A program made the translations under genes and the position numbers. This document shows positions 42,016 through 52,144 of a DNA stretch of 64,000 nt, in pieces (the first letter of the stretch is position 1; the number at the start of each line of letters is the position of its first letter). A model generated the notes under the pieces. The model was not told where the DNA came from and searched no databases. It was given only the letters and a program-made list of their open reading frames with translations. The DNA comes from Terriglobia bacterium (GTDB lineage Bacteria > Acidobacteriota > UBA6911). The stretch is from NCBI GenBank assembly GCA_963739235.1, contig CAVTZY010000033.1, positions 232,226-296,225 on the forward strand, read 5' to 3'.

Positions 42016-43350
42016 ATGAAACTCAGCGGAACGTTGATACGCAGCACGGTTGTGGCCGCTCTTGGCGGCCTTCTCTTTGGGTTCGATACCGCCGTCATAT
42101 CCGGCACTACCGACTGGCTCAGGACTGAATTCGCTCTGACGAATTTCTTGCTGGGCTTCACCGTGGCCAGCGCTCTGATCGGGACGATCATCGGTTCGAT
42201 CGCGGTGGGCAAGCCGGCGGATTCCCTTGGGCGGCGGGGCATTCTCTTCGCCCTGGCTATCATGTTTTTTATCTCCGCGCTCGGCTGCGGTCTGGCGTGG
42301 GGCTGGTGGATGTTCCTGGCCTTTCGTTTCATCGGGGGGCTGGCGGTGGGAGGCGCATCGGTGGTTTCGCCGCTCTACATTGCGGAGATTTCGCCGGCCC
42401 AGTATCGCGGACGACTGGTGGCCATCACCCAATTCAACATCGTGCTCGGCATCCTGCTGGCCTACCTGTCCAACTATGTCATCGGCAGCATGCATCTGGG
42501 CGCGAATGAGTGCCGCTGGATGTTCGGCGTGATGGCCGTGCCTTCCGCAATATTTTTCTTCCTGCTCTTCGGCACGCCCCAAAGCCCTCGTTGGCTGATG
42601 GCCAAGCAACGGGTGGCAGAAGCCAGAAAGGTCCTGCAACTGTGCGGCAGCGACGCGGGCAACGTAGAGGAGGAGATCAAGGATATCCAGGCCTCGCTCG
42701 ACCTCGAGCATCACAAGGTGGAGGAATCATTCTTCCAGGCAAAATATCGGAAGCCGATCATGCTGGCCGTTGCCATCGCCATATTCAACCAGCTCTCCGG
42801 CATTAACGCACTGATTTATTACACGGCCTACATTTTCAAAATGGCCGGCTATGGCGCAACCGACGCTTTGCTGCAATCGGTCCTGATCGGCTTCACCAAC
42901 CTGGTTTTTACCATCGCCGCCATGGCGGTCATTGATCACTTCGGACGCCGGAATCTGATGCTGGTCGGCTCCATCGGCTATATCGTTAGCCTGAGCGCCG
43001 CCGCTTATTCTTTCTACACGGGAACCGGCGGCAAGCTGCTGCTGGCAAGCTTGATTGTCTTCATTGCGTCACATGCGTTTGGCCAGGGCGCGGTCATCTG
43101 GGTGTTTATCGGCGAGGTCTTTCCCAATCGCGTGCGCGCCCGCGGCCAGGCGCTGGGCAGCTTCGTGCACTGGGTCGTGGCGGCCCTTATTTCGTGGACC
43201 TTCCCGATCATCGCCGCTCAATCCGGCGGGCATGTATTCGCCTTTTACGCCCTCTGCTGCGTGGGCCAGCTCCTCTGGGTGCTCCTCGTCATGCCGGAGA
43301 CCAAAGGCATCTCTTTGGAAAAGATCCAGCAGAGGCTGGGCATCGAATAG
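42016..43350 (+). CDS. MFS sugar porter (sugar:H+ symporter family)
   Basis: 'GRRGILFALAIMF', 'QSPRWLM', 'PETKG'. 12-TM pattern. Divergent from the glucokinase gene. Confidence 0.88.
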   Translation: MKLSGTLIRSTVVAALGGLLFGFDTAVISGTTDWLRTEFALTNFLLGFTVASALIGTIIGSIAVGKPADSLGRRGILFALAIMFFISALGCGLAWGWWMFLAFRFIGGLAVGGASVVSPLYIAEISPAQYRGRLVAITQFNIVLGILLAYLSNYVIGSMHLGANECRWMFGVMAVPSAIFFFLLFGTPQSPRWLMAKQRVAEARKVLQLCGSDAGNVEEEIKDIQASLDLEHHKVEESFFQAKYRKPIMLAVAIAIFNQLSGINALIYYTAYIFKMAGYGATDALLQSVLIGFTNLVFTIAAMAVIDHFGRRNLMLVGSIGYIVSLSAAAYSFYTGTGGKLLLASLIVFIASHAFGQGAVIWVFIGEVFPNRVRARGQALGSFVHWVVAALISWTFPIIAAQSGGHVFAFYALCCVGQLLWVLLVMPETKGISLEKIQQRLGIE

Positions 43351-43392
43351 CCGGGCTGTAATCAGGCGTTATGCTCTTTGCCAGGCGTTGTT

Positions 43393-43449
43393 AAAAGCAG
43401 CCACGAAGAACACAGATTTTTATGGTTCGTGTTCTTCGTGGCTGCTTTT
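43393..43449 (+). terminator. rho-independent terminator-like hairpin (Family-A-related sequence)
   Basis: Perfect 21-bp stem (43393-43413 / 43429-43449) followed by 'ttttgcttttt'. Lies 43 nt after the MFS stop codon. Confidence 0.6.
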
Positions 43450-43592
43450 GCTTTTTATGGCGGTGGACCATCGGATCTTCTCCTATGCTTGAATTGCGGG
43501 GGTAACTGGCCGATACTGTGCAAAAAGCGTGGATGGGCCGTCAGTTTTCAAAGAGTTTGTCATTCGCCTATGATTGCAGGAGAGAGTATTTT

Positions 43593-45410
43593 ATGCGCCG
43601 ACAACAATCCATGATCGTCAGGATTCTCTTTTTATGCATGATTGCCGTATTTCCCGGTTGGGCTCAGGATGAGCAGGAGAGCTCACATACCATGCGTCCG
43701 GTGATCCGGGGACGACAGTATGCCGTGTCGTCCATGACTGCCGAAGCCACCAGGGCGGCAACACGAATCCTCGAAGCGGGTGGAAATGGATTTGATGCGA
43801 TCGTGGCCGGACAGGCCGCGCTGGCGGTCTCGGACGCTGCGCTCAACGGCCTTGGGAGCGATGCAGTCATCTTGGTCTACGATGCCAAGGCGAAAAAGGT
43901 GGTCTCGATTAATGCCGAAGGCACGGCGCCGAGGCTGGCGACGATCGATTGGTACAGGCAGAACAACGGCGGCAAGCTGCCGGTGAACGACGGTTTGCTC
44001 TCAGGCACGGTTCCCGGCGTGGTCGACGCCTGGTACATCCTGTTGGATCATTGGGGTACGATGAGCTTTGCGCAGGTCCTCGAACAGGCCATCGACATGG
44101 CGGAAAACGGCTTCCCGATCGGTGATTCGCTTGCCCGCACCATCGCGAGCTCGAAGAAGCTTCGCAAGTACCCTTCCAGCGTAAAGGTCTATTACCCGAA
44201 CGGCGCGGCCCCGAAGCCGGGCGAGATTTTTAAAAATCCGGATCTGGCGCGCACCTTGAAAAAACTTGTGGAAGCCGAAAAGCAAAATGCCGCGAAAGGG
44301 CGCCACGAGGCCTTGAAGGCGGCCCGCGACCGCTTTTACAAAGGCGACATCGCCCAGACGATGGGAAAGTTTTCTGAGGAAAATGGCGGTTTGTTCCGGT
44401 ATGAGGATTTTTCGGCTTATACCGCGAAAATCGAAGAACCGGTGTCCATCGACTATCGCGGCTATCAGGTGTACAAAAATGCCTCGGCCACCCAGGGGCC
44501 CGCGGAATTGTTCGCCCTGAATATCCTGGAGGGCTATGACCTCAAGGCTTTGGGGCACAACAGCCTCGCCTACCTGCACACCTGCGTGGAAGCCGTGAAG
44601 CTGGCGATGGGCGATCGCGAAAAATTTCTGGGTGATATGGACTTCATCAAGATCCCTTACGTCGGCCTGCTTTCCAAGGACTACGCCGCCGAACGGCGCA
44701 AACTCATCGATCCGGACAAGGCGTCCCTGGAGTTGCGCCCCGGGAATCCGGAGAAGTTCATGAAGGAGCCGACGCCGATGAATCGCCCGGTCACGGTCAC
44801 TTTGGAGGGGGATGCGGATCATGTCGGAGACACCAGCTATATCGCGGTGATCGACAAGGATCGCAACATGATCAGTTTCGAGCCGAGCCTGCACAGTTCG
44901 TTCGGCACCGGAGTGGTTATGGCCGACACCGGGCTGATCTTCAATTGCCGCGGCGACTACTATTCGCTGGTGCCGGGGGAAGCCAATGCCCTGGAACCGG
45001 GGAAGCGGCCCCGCAGTACGCTGCAGAGCACATTGGTCATGAAGGGCGGACAGCCCTTGATGATCATGGGGAGCCCGGGCGGCGACGACCAGATCATGCG
45101 CACGATCCAGACCTTCCTGAATATCGTGGACTTCGGCATGGATGTCCAGAAGGCAATCGAAGCGCCGCGTTGGTCGACCACCAGCTTCCCGGCATCGCCA
45201 TTTCCGCACACGATGTACCCGGGCAACATGTCGGTGGAAGCGCGCATTCCCGAAGCAATCCGGAATGGGCTGATTGCCAAAGGCCACAAGCTGCGGGTAT
45301 CCGGCGCCTGGACAATGGGATCGAACGCAGCGATCCTCATTGATCCCAAGACGGGAGTGTTGAACGCCGGCGCCGACCCGCGCGTAGAAGCCTACGCCTG
45401 GGCCCGATAA
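43593..45410 (+). CDS. ggt: gamma-glutamyltransferase
   Basis: Signal 'MRRQQSMIVRILFLCMIAVFPGWA'. Autoprocessing and catalytic Thr context 'GDTSYIAVIDK', plus 'GSPGG'. AGGAGAG RBS before the ATG at 43593. Confidence 0.9.
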   Translation: MRRQQSMIVRILFLCMIAVFPGWAQDEQESSHTMRPVIRGRQYAVSSMTAEATRAATRILEAGGNGFDAIVAGQAALAVSDAALNGLGSDAVILVYDAKAKKVVSINAEGTAPRLATIDWYRQNNGGKLPVNDGLLSGTVPGVVDAWYILLDHWGTMSFAQVLEQAIDMAENGFPIGDSLARTIASSKKLRKYPSSVKVYYPNGAAPKPGEIFKNPDLARTLKKLVEAEKQNAAKGRHEALKAARDRFYKGDIAQTMGKFSEENGGLFRYEDFSAYTAKIEEPVSIDYRGYQVYKNASATQGPAELFALNILEGYDLKALGHNSLAYLHTCVEAVKLAMGDREKFLGDMDFIKIPYVGLLSKDYAAERRKLIDPDKASLELRPGNPEKFMKEPTPMNRPVTVTLEGDADHVGDTSYIAVIDKDRNMISFEPSLHSSFGTGVVMADTGLIFNCRGDYYSLVPGEANALEPGKRPRSTLQSTLVMKGGQPLMIMGSPGGDDQIMRTIQTFLNIVDFGMDVQKAIEAPRWSTTSFPASPFPHTMYPGNMSVEARIPEAIRNGLIAKGHKLRVSGAWTMGSNAAILIDPKTGVLNAGADPRVEAYAWAR

Positions 45411-45500
45411 TCGACCCGGAACAGGTTCGTTTCAAACGGGAAGGCCAATTTCGCGCGCGGACAGCAATTGTGTCTCATCCAAAGAGACAAAGCGCGTCAA

Positions 45501-45749
45501 TCAATGTCGCCCGGAATGTCGGTCTTCCTGGAACAACTCCAGATAACGGCCCGCGGTTTTCCCACGGACAGCCGGCTTCAGGTTGGCCTTCCCGAACAGC
45601 GCCCCCTTATTGAGATGGTGACTTCCGGAGCCGGTCAGGTGCGCCACAGGTTTGCTGTGACGTGTGATCAGAAACTCGGCTCCTGCCTCCGCCTCCGCGA
45701 TGACAAATGCCAGCTCCTCTCTTAGACCATCCAATGACACCTTTTTCAT
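45501..45749 (-). CDS. Phd/YefM-like antitoxin-family protein (orphan)
   Basis: 'MKKVSLDGLREELAFVIAEAEAGAEFLITRHSKPVAHL' matches the antitoxin N-terminal pattern. No toxin ORF lies adjacent. Confidence 0.45.
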   Translation of the reverse strand: MKKVSLDGLREELAFVIAEAEAGAEFLITRHSKPVAHLTGSGSHHLNKGALFGKANLKPAVRGKTAGRYLELFQEDRHSGRH

Positions 45750-45953
45750 ATCAAAATGGTACCGTATTTGGTGTCCTTTTTCGACTACAACCCTGTCGGG
45801 AGCTTCAGGGGATCCTAACCATAACTTCAAGATTAGGATCAGATTCTCAAGTCAACAGATACTGCCCCAGTTTCGGGATTGCGGTTGCGAGACTGTCAGC
45901 GTACAATCTGGCGTCGCTACTCGGAAGTACTTGGATGTACCTGCATTAAATCC

Positions 45954-46043
45954 GGAGAGGTGGCCGAGTGGTTGAAGGCGCACGCTTGGAAAGCGTGTGT
46001 AGGGGAAACCTTACCGGGGGTTCGAATCCCTCCCTCTCCGCCA
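45954..46043 (+). tRNA. tRNA-Ser (anticodon GGA)
   Basis: Acceptor 'GGAGAGG' / 'CCTCTCC'. Anticodon stem 'CACGC' / 'GCGTG' with loop 'TTGGAAA'. Long variable arm, T-loop 'GGTTCGAATCC', encoded CCA. Confidence 0.92.
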
Positions 46044-46115
46044 CACTTTTTGTTTTCAATTATTTATCCCATTGTGATACCATAGGTGATACCGAAAAAG
46101 GAGTTTCGGTCACCC

Positions 46116-47273
46116 ATGAATCGACACGTCAATCTCACCAAACGCATTCGAACTCCGAAGGGATTGCGCTTCTGTCCCATAGTCGTCTCCGCTAACGGCC
46201 GAGTCAAGCCGGATTACGTGGTTGTTGGTGACCACGAAGAACGGCATCCGGAGGGATCCTATTATCTGGAATGGTACGATGGCAGCAAGCGAACCCGCCT
46301 ATCGGTTGGCCAAGATCCAGCGACTGCGGCCGCCCGCCGGCATCAACAGGAGCAAATTCTCGCCAGCAGGGCGGCTGGCATTCCACTAGCCATCGAAGGC
46401 AAGATCGAAGGCGTCCTTCTGGGCGATGCCGTTGCAATCTATCTTGACGAAATCCGAAAAACCAAAAAACACAAGACCTGGGCCGCCTATAAGACGGCGC
46501 TCTCCTACTTCCTGGATTCCTGTTCGAAGGCCCGCGTGACGGATATCGAGCGCGCGGACCTGCTTCAGTTCAGTGCCTTCCTTCGCGACACCAAAAAGCT
46601 GGAGCCCCGGACCGTATACAACAAATTCGAAAGCGTAATTTCATTTCTGCGGACCAGCGGCGTACGCGGCCTCGCAGGCAAGAACGATTGGCCGCGCTAC
46701 GTCGAGGATGAGCCGGAGATTTACGAGCGCGCGGATCTGAAAAAGTTCTTCGCTGCCTGCACCGAACACGAGCGGCTGTGGTTTGAGTTTTTCCTGATGA
46801 CCGGCCTGCGGGAGCAGGAGGTCATGCACTGCACCTGGTCTGAAATCAATCTCGGCCGCGGCGTAGTGACGGTGCGCTACAAACCGGAGTTTGGCTTTTC
46901 GCCGAAAGCCTACAAGGGGCGCGAGGTGCCCATCCCGGACAAGCTCGTCCGATCGCTCAAGAAGCGGAAGGCAGCCGTAGAGACAAGCACGTGTCCATTG
47001 TTGTTTCCGACGTCGGGAGGCAGGCCCAAGCTGGATTTCCTCGACGCGTGCAAATCGATTGCGACCCGGGCCAAGCTGAATCCTGATGGCTTTTATTTGC
47101 ACAAATTCCGTGCCACTTTCGCTACTTGGGCCCTGTGGAGCGGCGTCGACCTGCGCACGGTACAGCAGTGGATGGGCCACAGCGACCTGGAGAGCACCCT
47201 GCGTTATCTCAAACCCAATCGCGGCGACGCAGTCCGGGACAAGGTAAACACCATGTTCGAGGATTGGGAATAG
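46116..47273 (+). CDS. int: tyrosine-type integrase (phage/ICE integrase family)
   Basis: 'HKFRATFATWALWSGVDLRTVQQWMGHSDLESTLRYL' catalytic H-x-x-R...Y region. Starts 73 nt downstream of the tRNA-Ser. Confidence 0.88.
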   Translation: MNRHVNLTKRIRTPKGLRFCPIVVSANGRVKPDYVVVGDHEERHPEGSYYLEWYDGSKRTRLSVGQDPATAAARRHQQEQILASRAAGIPLAIEGKIEGVLLGDAVAIYLDEIRKTKKHKTWAAYKTALSYFLDSCSKARVTDIERADLLQFSAFLRDTKKLEPRTVYNKFESVISFLRTSGVRGLAGKNDWPRYVEDEPEIYERADLKKFFAACTEHERLWFEFFLMTGLREQEVMHCTWSEINLGRGVVTVRYKPEFGFSPKAYKGREVPIPDKLVRSLKKRKAAVETSTCPLLFPTSGGRPKLDFLDACKSIATRAKLNPDGFYLHKFRATFATWALWSGVDLRTVQQWMGHSDLESTLRYLKPNRGDAVRDKVNTMFEDWE

Positions 47274-47287
47274 GGCACAGCTACTCT

Positions 47288-47548
47288 TTACATGGCGTTG
47301 CCCCGCAGCCATTCCGCAACGGCGCGCGAATCAAACCTAACAGCCGTCCCGATACGGAAGCTGGGCAGCCTCCCGGCCTTGGCCATTTTGTACACCGTGA
47401 TCGGGCTAATGGCAAGGAACGCTGCAACCTCGCGTGCGGTCATTGCTCCTTTTATCTCCTCGATTTGCTGTGGCAGTGAACAAATGTCGCCGCGTGTGAT
47501 TTTTCCCAGACCAGGAATTCGATCCATCTCCAAGCTGGTGCTTGTCAT
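47288..47548 (-). CDS. excisionase-family helix-turn-helix DNA-binding protein
   Basis: 'MTAREVAAFLAISPITVYKMAKAGRLPSFRIGTAVRFDSRAVAEWL'. The true start may be the internal Met at 47443. Confidence 0.7.
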   Translation of the reverse strand: MTSTSLEMDRIPGLGKITRGDICSLPQQIEEIKGAMTAREVAAFLAISPITVYKMAKAGRLPSFRIGTAVRFDSRAVAEWLRGNAM

Positions 47549-47608
47549 CAGGGGTTCACCTCATTTGAGCAATGCAACCGGTTTCAGGCCGTGAGTATTG
47601 CGCCACAA

Positions 47609-48028
47609 TCAGTGCCCCTCCGCTTCGAGTTTTTTGCGGATTGCGGCCGCCTCTTCTGGAGAAAGGCGCGTCAGGTTGTAACGCTCACTGTACGTGAAAT
47701 TAAATTCTGGCCTGGGGGGTTGCCGATTGGCATCTCTAGGGCCTCGGGAATCACGACCGAGTTGGACAGGCTGCATTGCGGCCTGGACAGAGGCGCGCTT
47801 CTTGGCGGCCACCTCTTTGCGAAAGAAATACACTTTGCGGCCGCCCGACCTAGCCTTGACGAACTTTGCTATGGCAGCGCGCTGAATGTTCAGACCATAT
47901 TTTTGCTGCAGGAGATCTGCGATGCGCGCGTAGGAAACAGGCGGTCTGGAGCCCCTCAGCGTGGCAATCTCGTTTTGATATGGGATGAGACTCGATTGGA
48001 ATGGTTTGCCGCTCATTGTATCTTTCAC
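47609..48028 (-). CDS. hypothetical island protein (possible HTH)
   Basis: 139-aa ORF with 'PPVSYARIADLLQQKYGLNIQRAAIAKFVK' (HTH-like). Repeated GTCTCCAC 8-mers lie upstream. Confidence 0.45.
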   Translation of the reverse strand: MKDTMSGKPFQSSLIPYQNEIATLRGSRPPVSYARIADLLQQKYGLNIQRAAIAKFVKARSGGRKVYFFRKEVAAKKRASVQAAMQPVQLGRDSRGPRDANRQPPRPEFNFTYSERYNLTRLSPEEAAAIRKKLEAEGH

Positions 48029-48398
48029 CTTTGGTTGAGAATAGGTCGTTTATGAGTGGATACGTGTCTCCACCCTGTCTCTGCTTTGTATCTACTTCCC
48101 CGGTAAAACAGGAAAAAAGTGGAGACAGCCAGGAGACAAAGCAGAGACTTGTCTCCACTGAGTCTCCACTTTGCAATGGCTCGAAGAAACTCTTCGAGGT
48201 ATTGCGTCTCGGGTTGGGAGAGCCCGGCTCGACCGACCCGAGAACATCCATCATGGCATCCGCCGGTATCCGAATCGAACCATGCATCGAAGTGCCCCTG
48301 CCCGAATGCCGATCCAGATGGCTCCTGGGCACGACGGCGAAAATGCCTGCCGACGGAAATCGTCCCGAGCGGCCGCGCGATGCCCCCCGAGTGCACCC

Positions 48399-50314
48399 CA
48401 CTAAGCGCCTGCGCAAAAATAACTTCACATTCTGCGGAGCAACTATCCCAAAGGTCGTTTACGCATCTTGATCGTCTATGGGCATCAAATGGCCATTTAT
48501 CAATAAATTTATGAGATGGTTGGGAATCATGGGTGTGGTATAATTCGTCCTGGTAGACTCTTTTCAGGAGGAACTATACCACATGGTATTTGATCCGAAT
48601 GTCCTTCGATCCTTCCTGCATCAAGAGAGGATTGCCACGCTCCCGGAGCTGAAGCAAGCTTTGGGAAGCATGGCTACCATGACCGTGTTTCGAAAGCTCA
48701 AGGCGTTAGGCTACCGCACGAGCTATTCGCACCGCGGGAGATACTACACGCTGGTGAACATTCCCCGGTTCGACGAGCGAGGTCTCTGGACTTGCCGCGC
48801 CGTATGGTTTTCGCGCGACGGCAGCCTGCTCACCACCGCCCGGCGGTTTGTGAACGATTCCGATGCTGGGCTTACCGCCGGGGAATTGCAGGCGCTACTG
48901 AATGTCGAGGTCAAGGAATCGCTTCTGGTGCTGTACCGTCGAGGGCAAATTGCCCGCGAGGAAATCGGCGGCGTCCTTGTGCACTTTTCTACTGAGCCTG
49001 GGGTACGGCGCGAGCAATGGCTGCGCCGCCAGAGTCCGGCGGGTGCGCTGGAGGTGGGCGACTCGGCGGCGGGCGAAGGGCTGGCGCCGGAAATGAAGGC
49101 CGCGATCATTCTGTTTTTCAGCTTGCTGGATGAGAAACAGAGGCGGGTGTATGCGGGCTTGGAGGCCCAGAAGCTCGGATACGGCGGCGATATCAAGATT
49201 GCGGACTTTCTGGGGTTGGACGTGCACACAGTGTCGCGTGGGCGCCGGGAGCTCTTTGGAGACCGTGTCCAGCGGGAAAGGATTCGCCGTCAGGGCGGTG
49301 GGCGCCCGGCTGCGGAAAAAAAACGCCGGAAGTGCTCGCATGCATTTCGGACCTGCTCAAACACGAAACGGCTGGCGATCCGATGAAGGGTCTGAAGTGG
49401 ACCCGAAGGACAACCAGGAAAATCGCTCGAGAACTGCGTCGGCTGCAGATCCGTGTTAGTGCCAACACGGTGCGCCGGTTGTTGAAGCGGATGGGGTTCT
49501 CCTTGCGCGTGAACCACAAGAGACTGGAGTCAGGGAACAAGAATCCGCCGCCCCGCCGGGTACGAAACCAGCAGTTTTTATACATCGGCCGGAAAAGGGA
49601 GGAGTTCTCCTCCAACGGAAAGCCTGTCATCAGCGTGGACGCGAAAAAGAAGGAGATGGTCGGGGCCTTCAAGAATCCCGGGGTGTCGTGGCAACGCGAA
49701 CCGCAGATCGTCAACGACCACGACTTCCGCAGCGATGCCGAGGGGATGGCGATTCCCTATGGCATCTACGATACGCGGACCAATCATGGTTTCGTGGTGG
49801 TCGGGACCAGCACCGAAACGCCCGCCTTCGCAGTGGACGCAATCGTTTCCTGGTGGAAAAGTCGGGGCGGCAGTATCTATCCTGATGCAGATGAACTCCT
49901 GATCTTGGCAGACTGTGGCGGCGGCAACAGCGCCCGTGCGCGTGGATGGAAGTATCACCTGCAACACCGGTTCTGCAATCCTTACGGGCTGAAGGTGACC
50001 GTCTGTCATTATCCGCCTGGCGCATCAAAATGGAATCCGATCGAGCACCGCCTGTTTTCCCAGATTAGCAAGAACTGGGCAGGCAAGCCGCTGGAAAGCT
50101 ATGAGACTGTGATCAAGTATATTCACTCGACTACTACCTCGGGCGGATTGAAGGTCAACGCCTGGTTGTCACTGAAGCGTTATGAAAAGGGCGAAGAGAT
50201 CTCCAACGTAGAGATGAAGCGGCTCATGCTTGCCGGCCACAAGACGCTACCGGCATGGAATTACACGTTGACGCCGAGCAGAATGTGAAGTTATTTTTGC
50301 GCAGGCGCTAAGTG
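48399..50314 (+). mobile_element. ISAzo13-family insertion sequence (1,916 bp)
   Basis: 34-bp terminal inverted repeats with 1 mismatch. They are 48399-48432 'cactaagcgcctgcgcaaaaataacttcacattc' and 50281-50314 'gaatgtgaagttatttttgcgcaggcgctaagtg', and they enclose the transposase. Confidence 0.85.
48583..50288 (+). CDS. ISAzo13-family DDE transposase, in two overlapping ORFs joined by a -1 shift at the A8 run (49316-49323)
   Basis: ORF1 ends '...RRQGGGRPAAEKK'. The -1 frame continues 'TPEVLACISDLLKHETAGDPMKGLKWTRRTTRKIA...', with 'VISVDAKKKE', 'LILADCGGGN' and 'KWNPIEHRLFS' typical of this family. Confidence 0.8.
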
Positions 50315-51330
50315 ATCAATCTCGGGAACTTCAATTTCACGTCTCAACTCATGCCTCCAAATACTAAGAGCCCTGGGAGACCCCAAAACTTACCTCGAGG
50401 ACACAAGTCTTTTTCTGCAGCTGTGGTGCTGAGTGACGAGGAGAAAGCTAGCTCGAGAACAGTTGCGGGCATCCGCGTGTTTTTATTCTCTTATCTGCCG
50501 CGGCTTCTGTGGACCACCGCGAGCCGTTGGCAGTAGAGAAACCTGCCGCGAAACTTCTGGATATATTAGTTGCAGTTTTTCGAACTTTGTAACATCGACC
50601 TCAAAATATTTTTTCCACGCACAATCCGTGACTCCCCTGGATTGCTGCAGAGTAGCCCGATTTGGTAGCAACTACGCTTGGGATCTGTCGGCCATTCGTC
50701 CAGGGAATCCTACCACCGGGCTAAGATTCACGATTTATGATCCTGGCTGCGGCAACCAAGAGCGACTCTGCTTGCCTCGTTGATCCCATGAGAAACCGAG
50801 ATGAAATCCAGGGCTTGGGATGAACTACTTGTCCATCAGGGCCATGCTACAACTCGCTCTAATCGGGTCCACCCATTCGGCGAGTCGGCTGACGTTTCGC
50901 CGCTGGATCGTTTCTGCGCCATCGGCCCTCTTCTGTGCGACTCGCTTTGTGCCCGCAGGTATTTCCGCTTCCGGATCCAGAATTCCGACAGCGCAATTGC
51001 TCCTCCGTCGATGTAACAGAAGGAAAGCACAGGAGGGCGAAACCAGATTCCATATCCACTTAATTATTCGTCTGATGAGCCGCCCCAATAATAGATCTTC
51101 CCCCCTGGTGTACCGTCCAGCGCCGCATAGTCTTCACGACACTGTCCCCAATGGATTTCCGACAAACTGAAAATTTCGAGTAGGCGATTTCCTTTGTTTT
51201 GCGTTCTTGTGGTTAGGCCCCGATGGCCACTTGAAAATCCCCCATTTGTGGCCGGGTCAAAATCCCCCAGGCGACAGCAGGAGTATAACCTACCAACAAT
51301 CCGTATAGAGCCTCCAAGCTCATTCCTTTT

Positions 51331-52106
51331 TCATCCAGAAACTTTTTGTCGGTTTTCGGTCAGCCGGATGGACGCCTCCTTGAGACGGTAGCTCCTACCT
51401 TCGAACTTGAGCAGATGGCCGCGGTGAAGGAGTCGGTCCTGAATGGCCGACGAAGCGGCGTTGTCGCCGAGGAGTTTCCCCAATCCTCCAGGGGACGATT
51501 GGAAGTAATCAGGCTGCTTTTTCTCGAGGTGTATCGATTCAGAATAATCTCGAGTAAATCGTCGGCAGCCTGTTCCGGGACGTTCTTGCGCAGAAACAAA
51601 TCGTCGATGACCAACAGATCGCTTTCGGAGAAGAGTTTGGTCACCTTTTTTCTCCGCTTAAGTTGAGCGGATTCGAAGAGGTCTTCGAAAAAGGCATGGG
51701 CTTCGCGATACACGACTTTGTAGCCGGTCTGAATGGCGGCATGCGCCACTGTCTTTGCAATATGGCTTTTCCCGGTTCCGGGCGAGCCGATCAGCAGAGC
51801 ATCAGCGCCGTCCCGGATAAATTTGCCGCTGACCAGTTCGTAGATTTCCTTTTTGGGCAGCTTCGGATTGAAGCCCCAGTCAAATTCGGTCAAAGTGGGC
51901 CGGTCCGGGAGGCCGGAGGCTTTGAAGCGGGTTTCCACGAGGCGCGAGTTTCGCCAGTCCATTTCGTCCTGCACGAGGCAGGCAAACACCTCTACGAAAG
52001 AAGCACCCTGGTTGGCCTGAACGAGTCGGGTTTCCAGCGTGGCGCTCATGCCATGCAGGCGAACCGTTTTGAGATTTCTCTGTAATTCTGCTAACGGCAT
52101 TTCCAT
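51331..52106 (-). pseudogene. istB: IS21-family helper ATPase IstB, frameshifted near its C-terminus (about 51475-51481)
   Basis: Walker A 'GSPGTGKSHIA' and 'LLVIDDL'. After 'TSNRPLEDWG' the listed frame reads nonsense. The alternate frame gives the canonical 'KLLGDNAASSAIQDRLLHRGHLLKFEGRSYRLKEA', ending at 51331. Confidence 0.85.
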
Positions 52107-52144
52107 TAATTGGGCTCCTTATCTTCTTTTTCATCCTGTGGTTT

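Noticed and set aside
47850-48471. ORFs of 120-190 aa on both strands next to the ISAzo13 left end
   Set aside because: They overlap one another, have no recognisable domains, and run into the IS terminal repeat. They are probably non-coding or a remnant of the insertion target.
48385-50326. Target-site duplication flanking the ISAzo13-family element
   Set aside because: The flanks ('...gagtgcaccc' and 'atcaatctcg...') share no direct repeat, so none is claimed.
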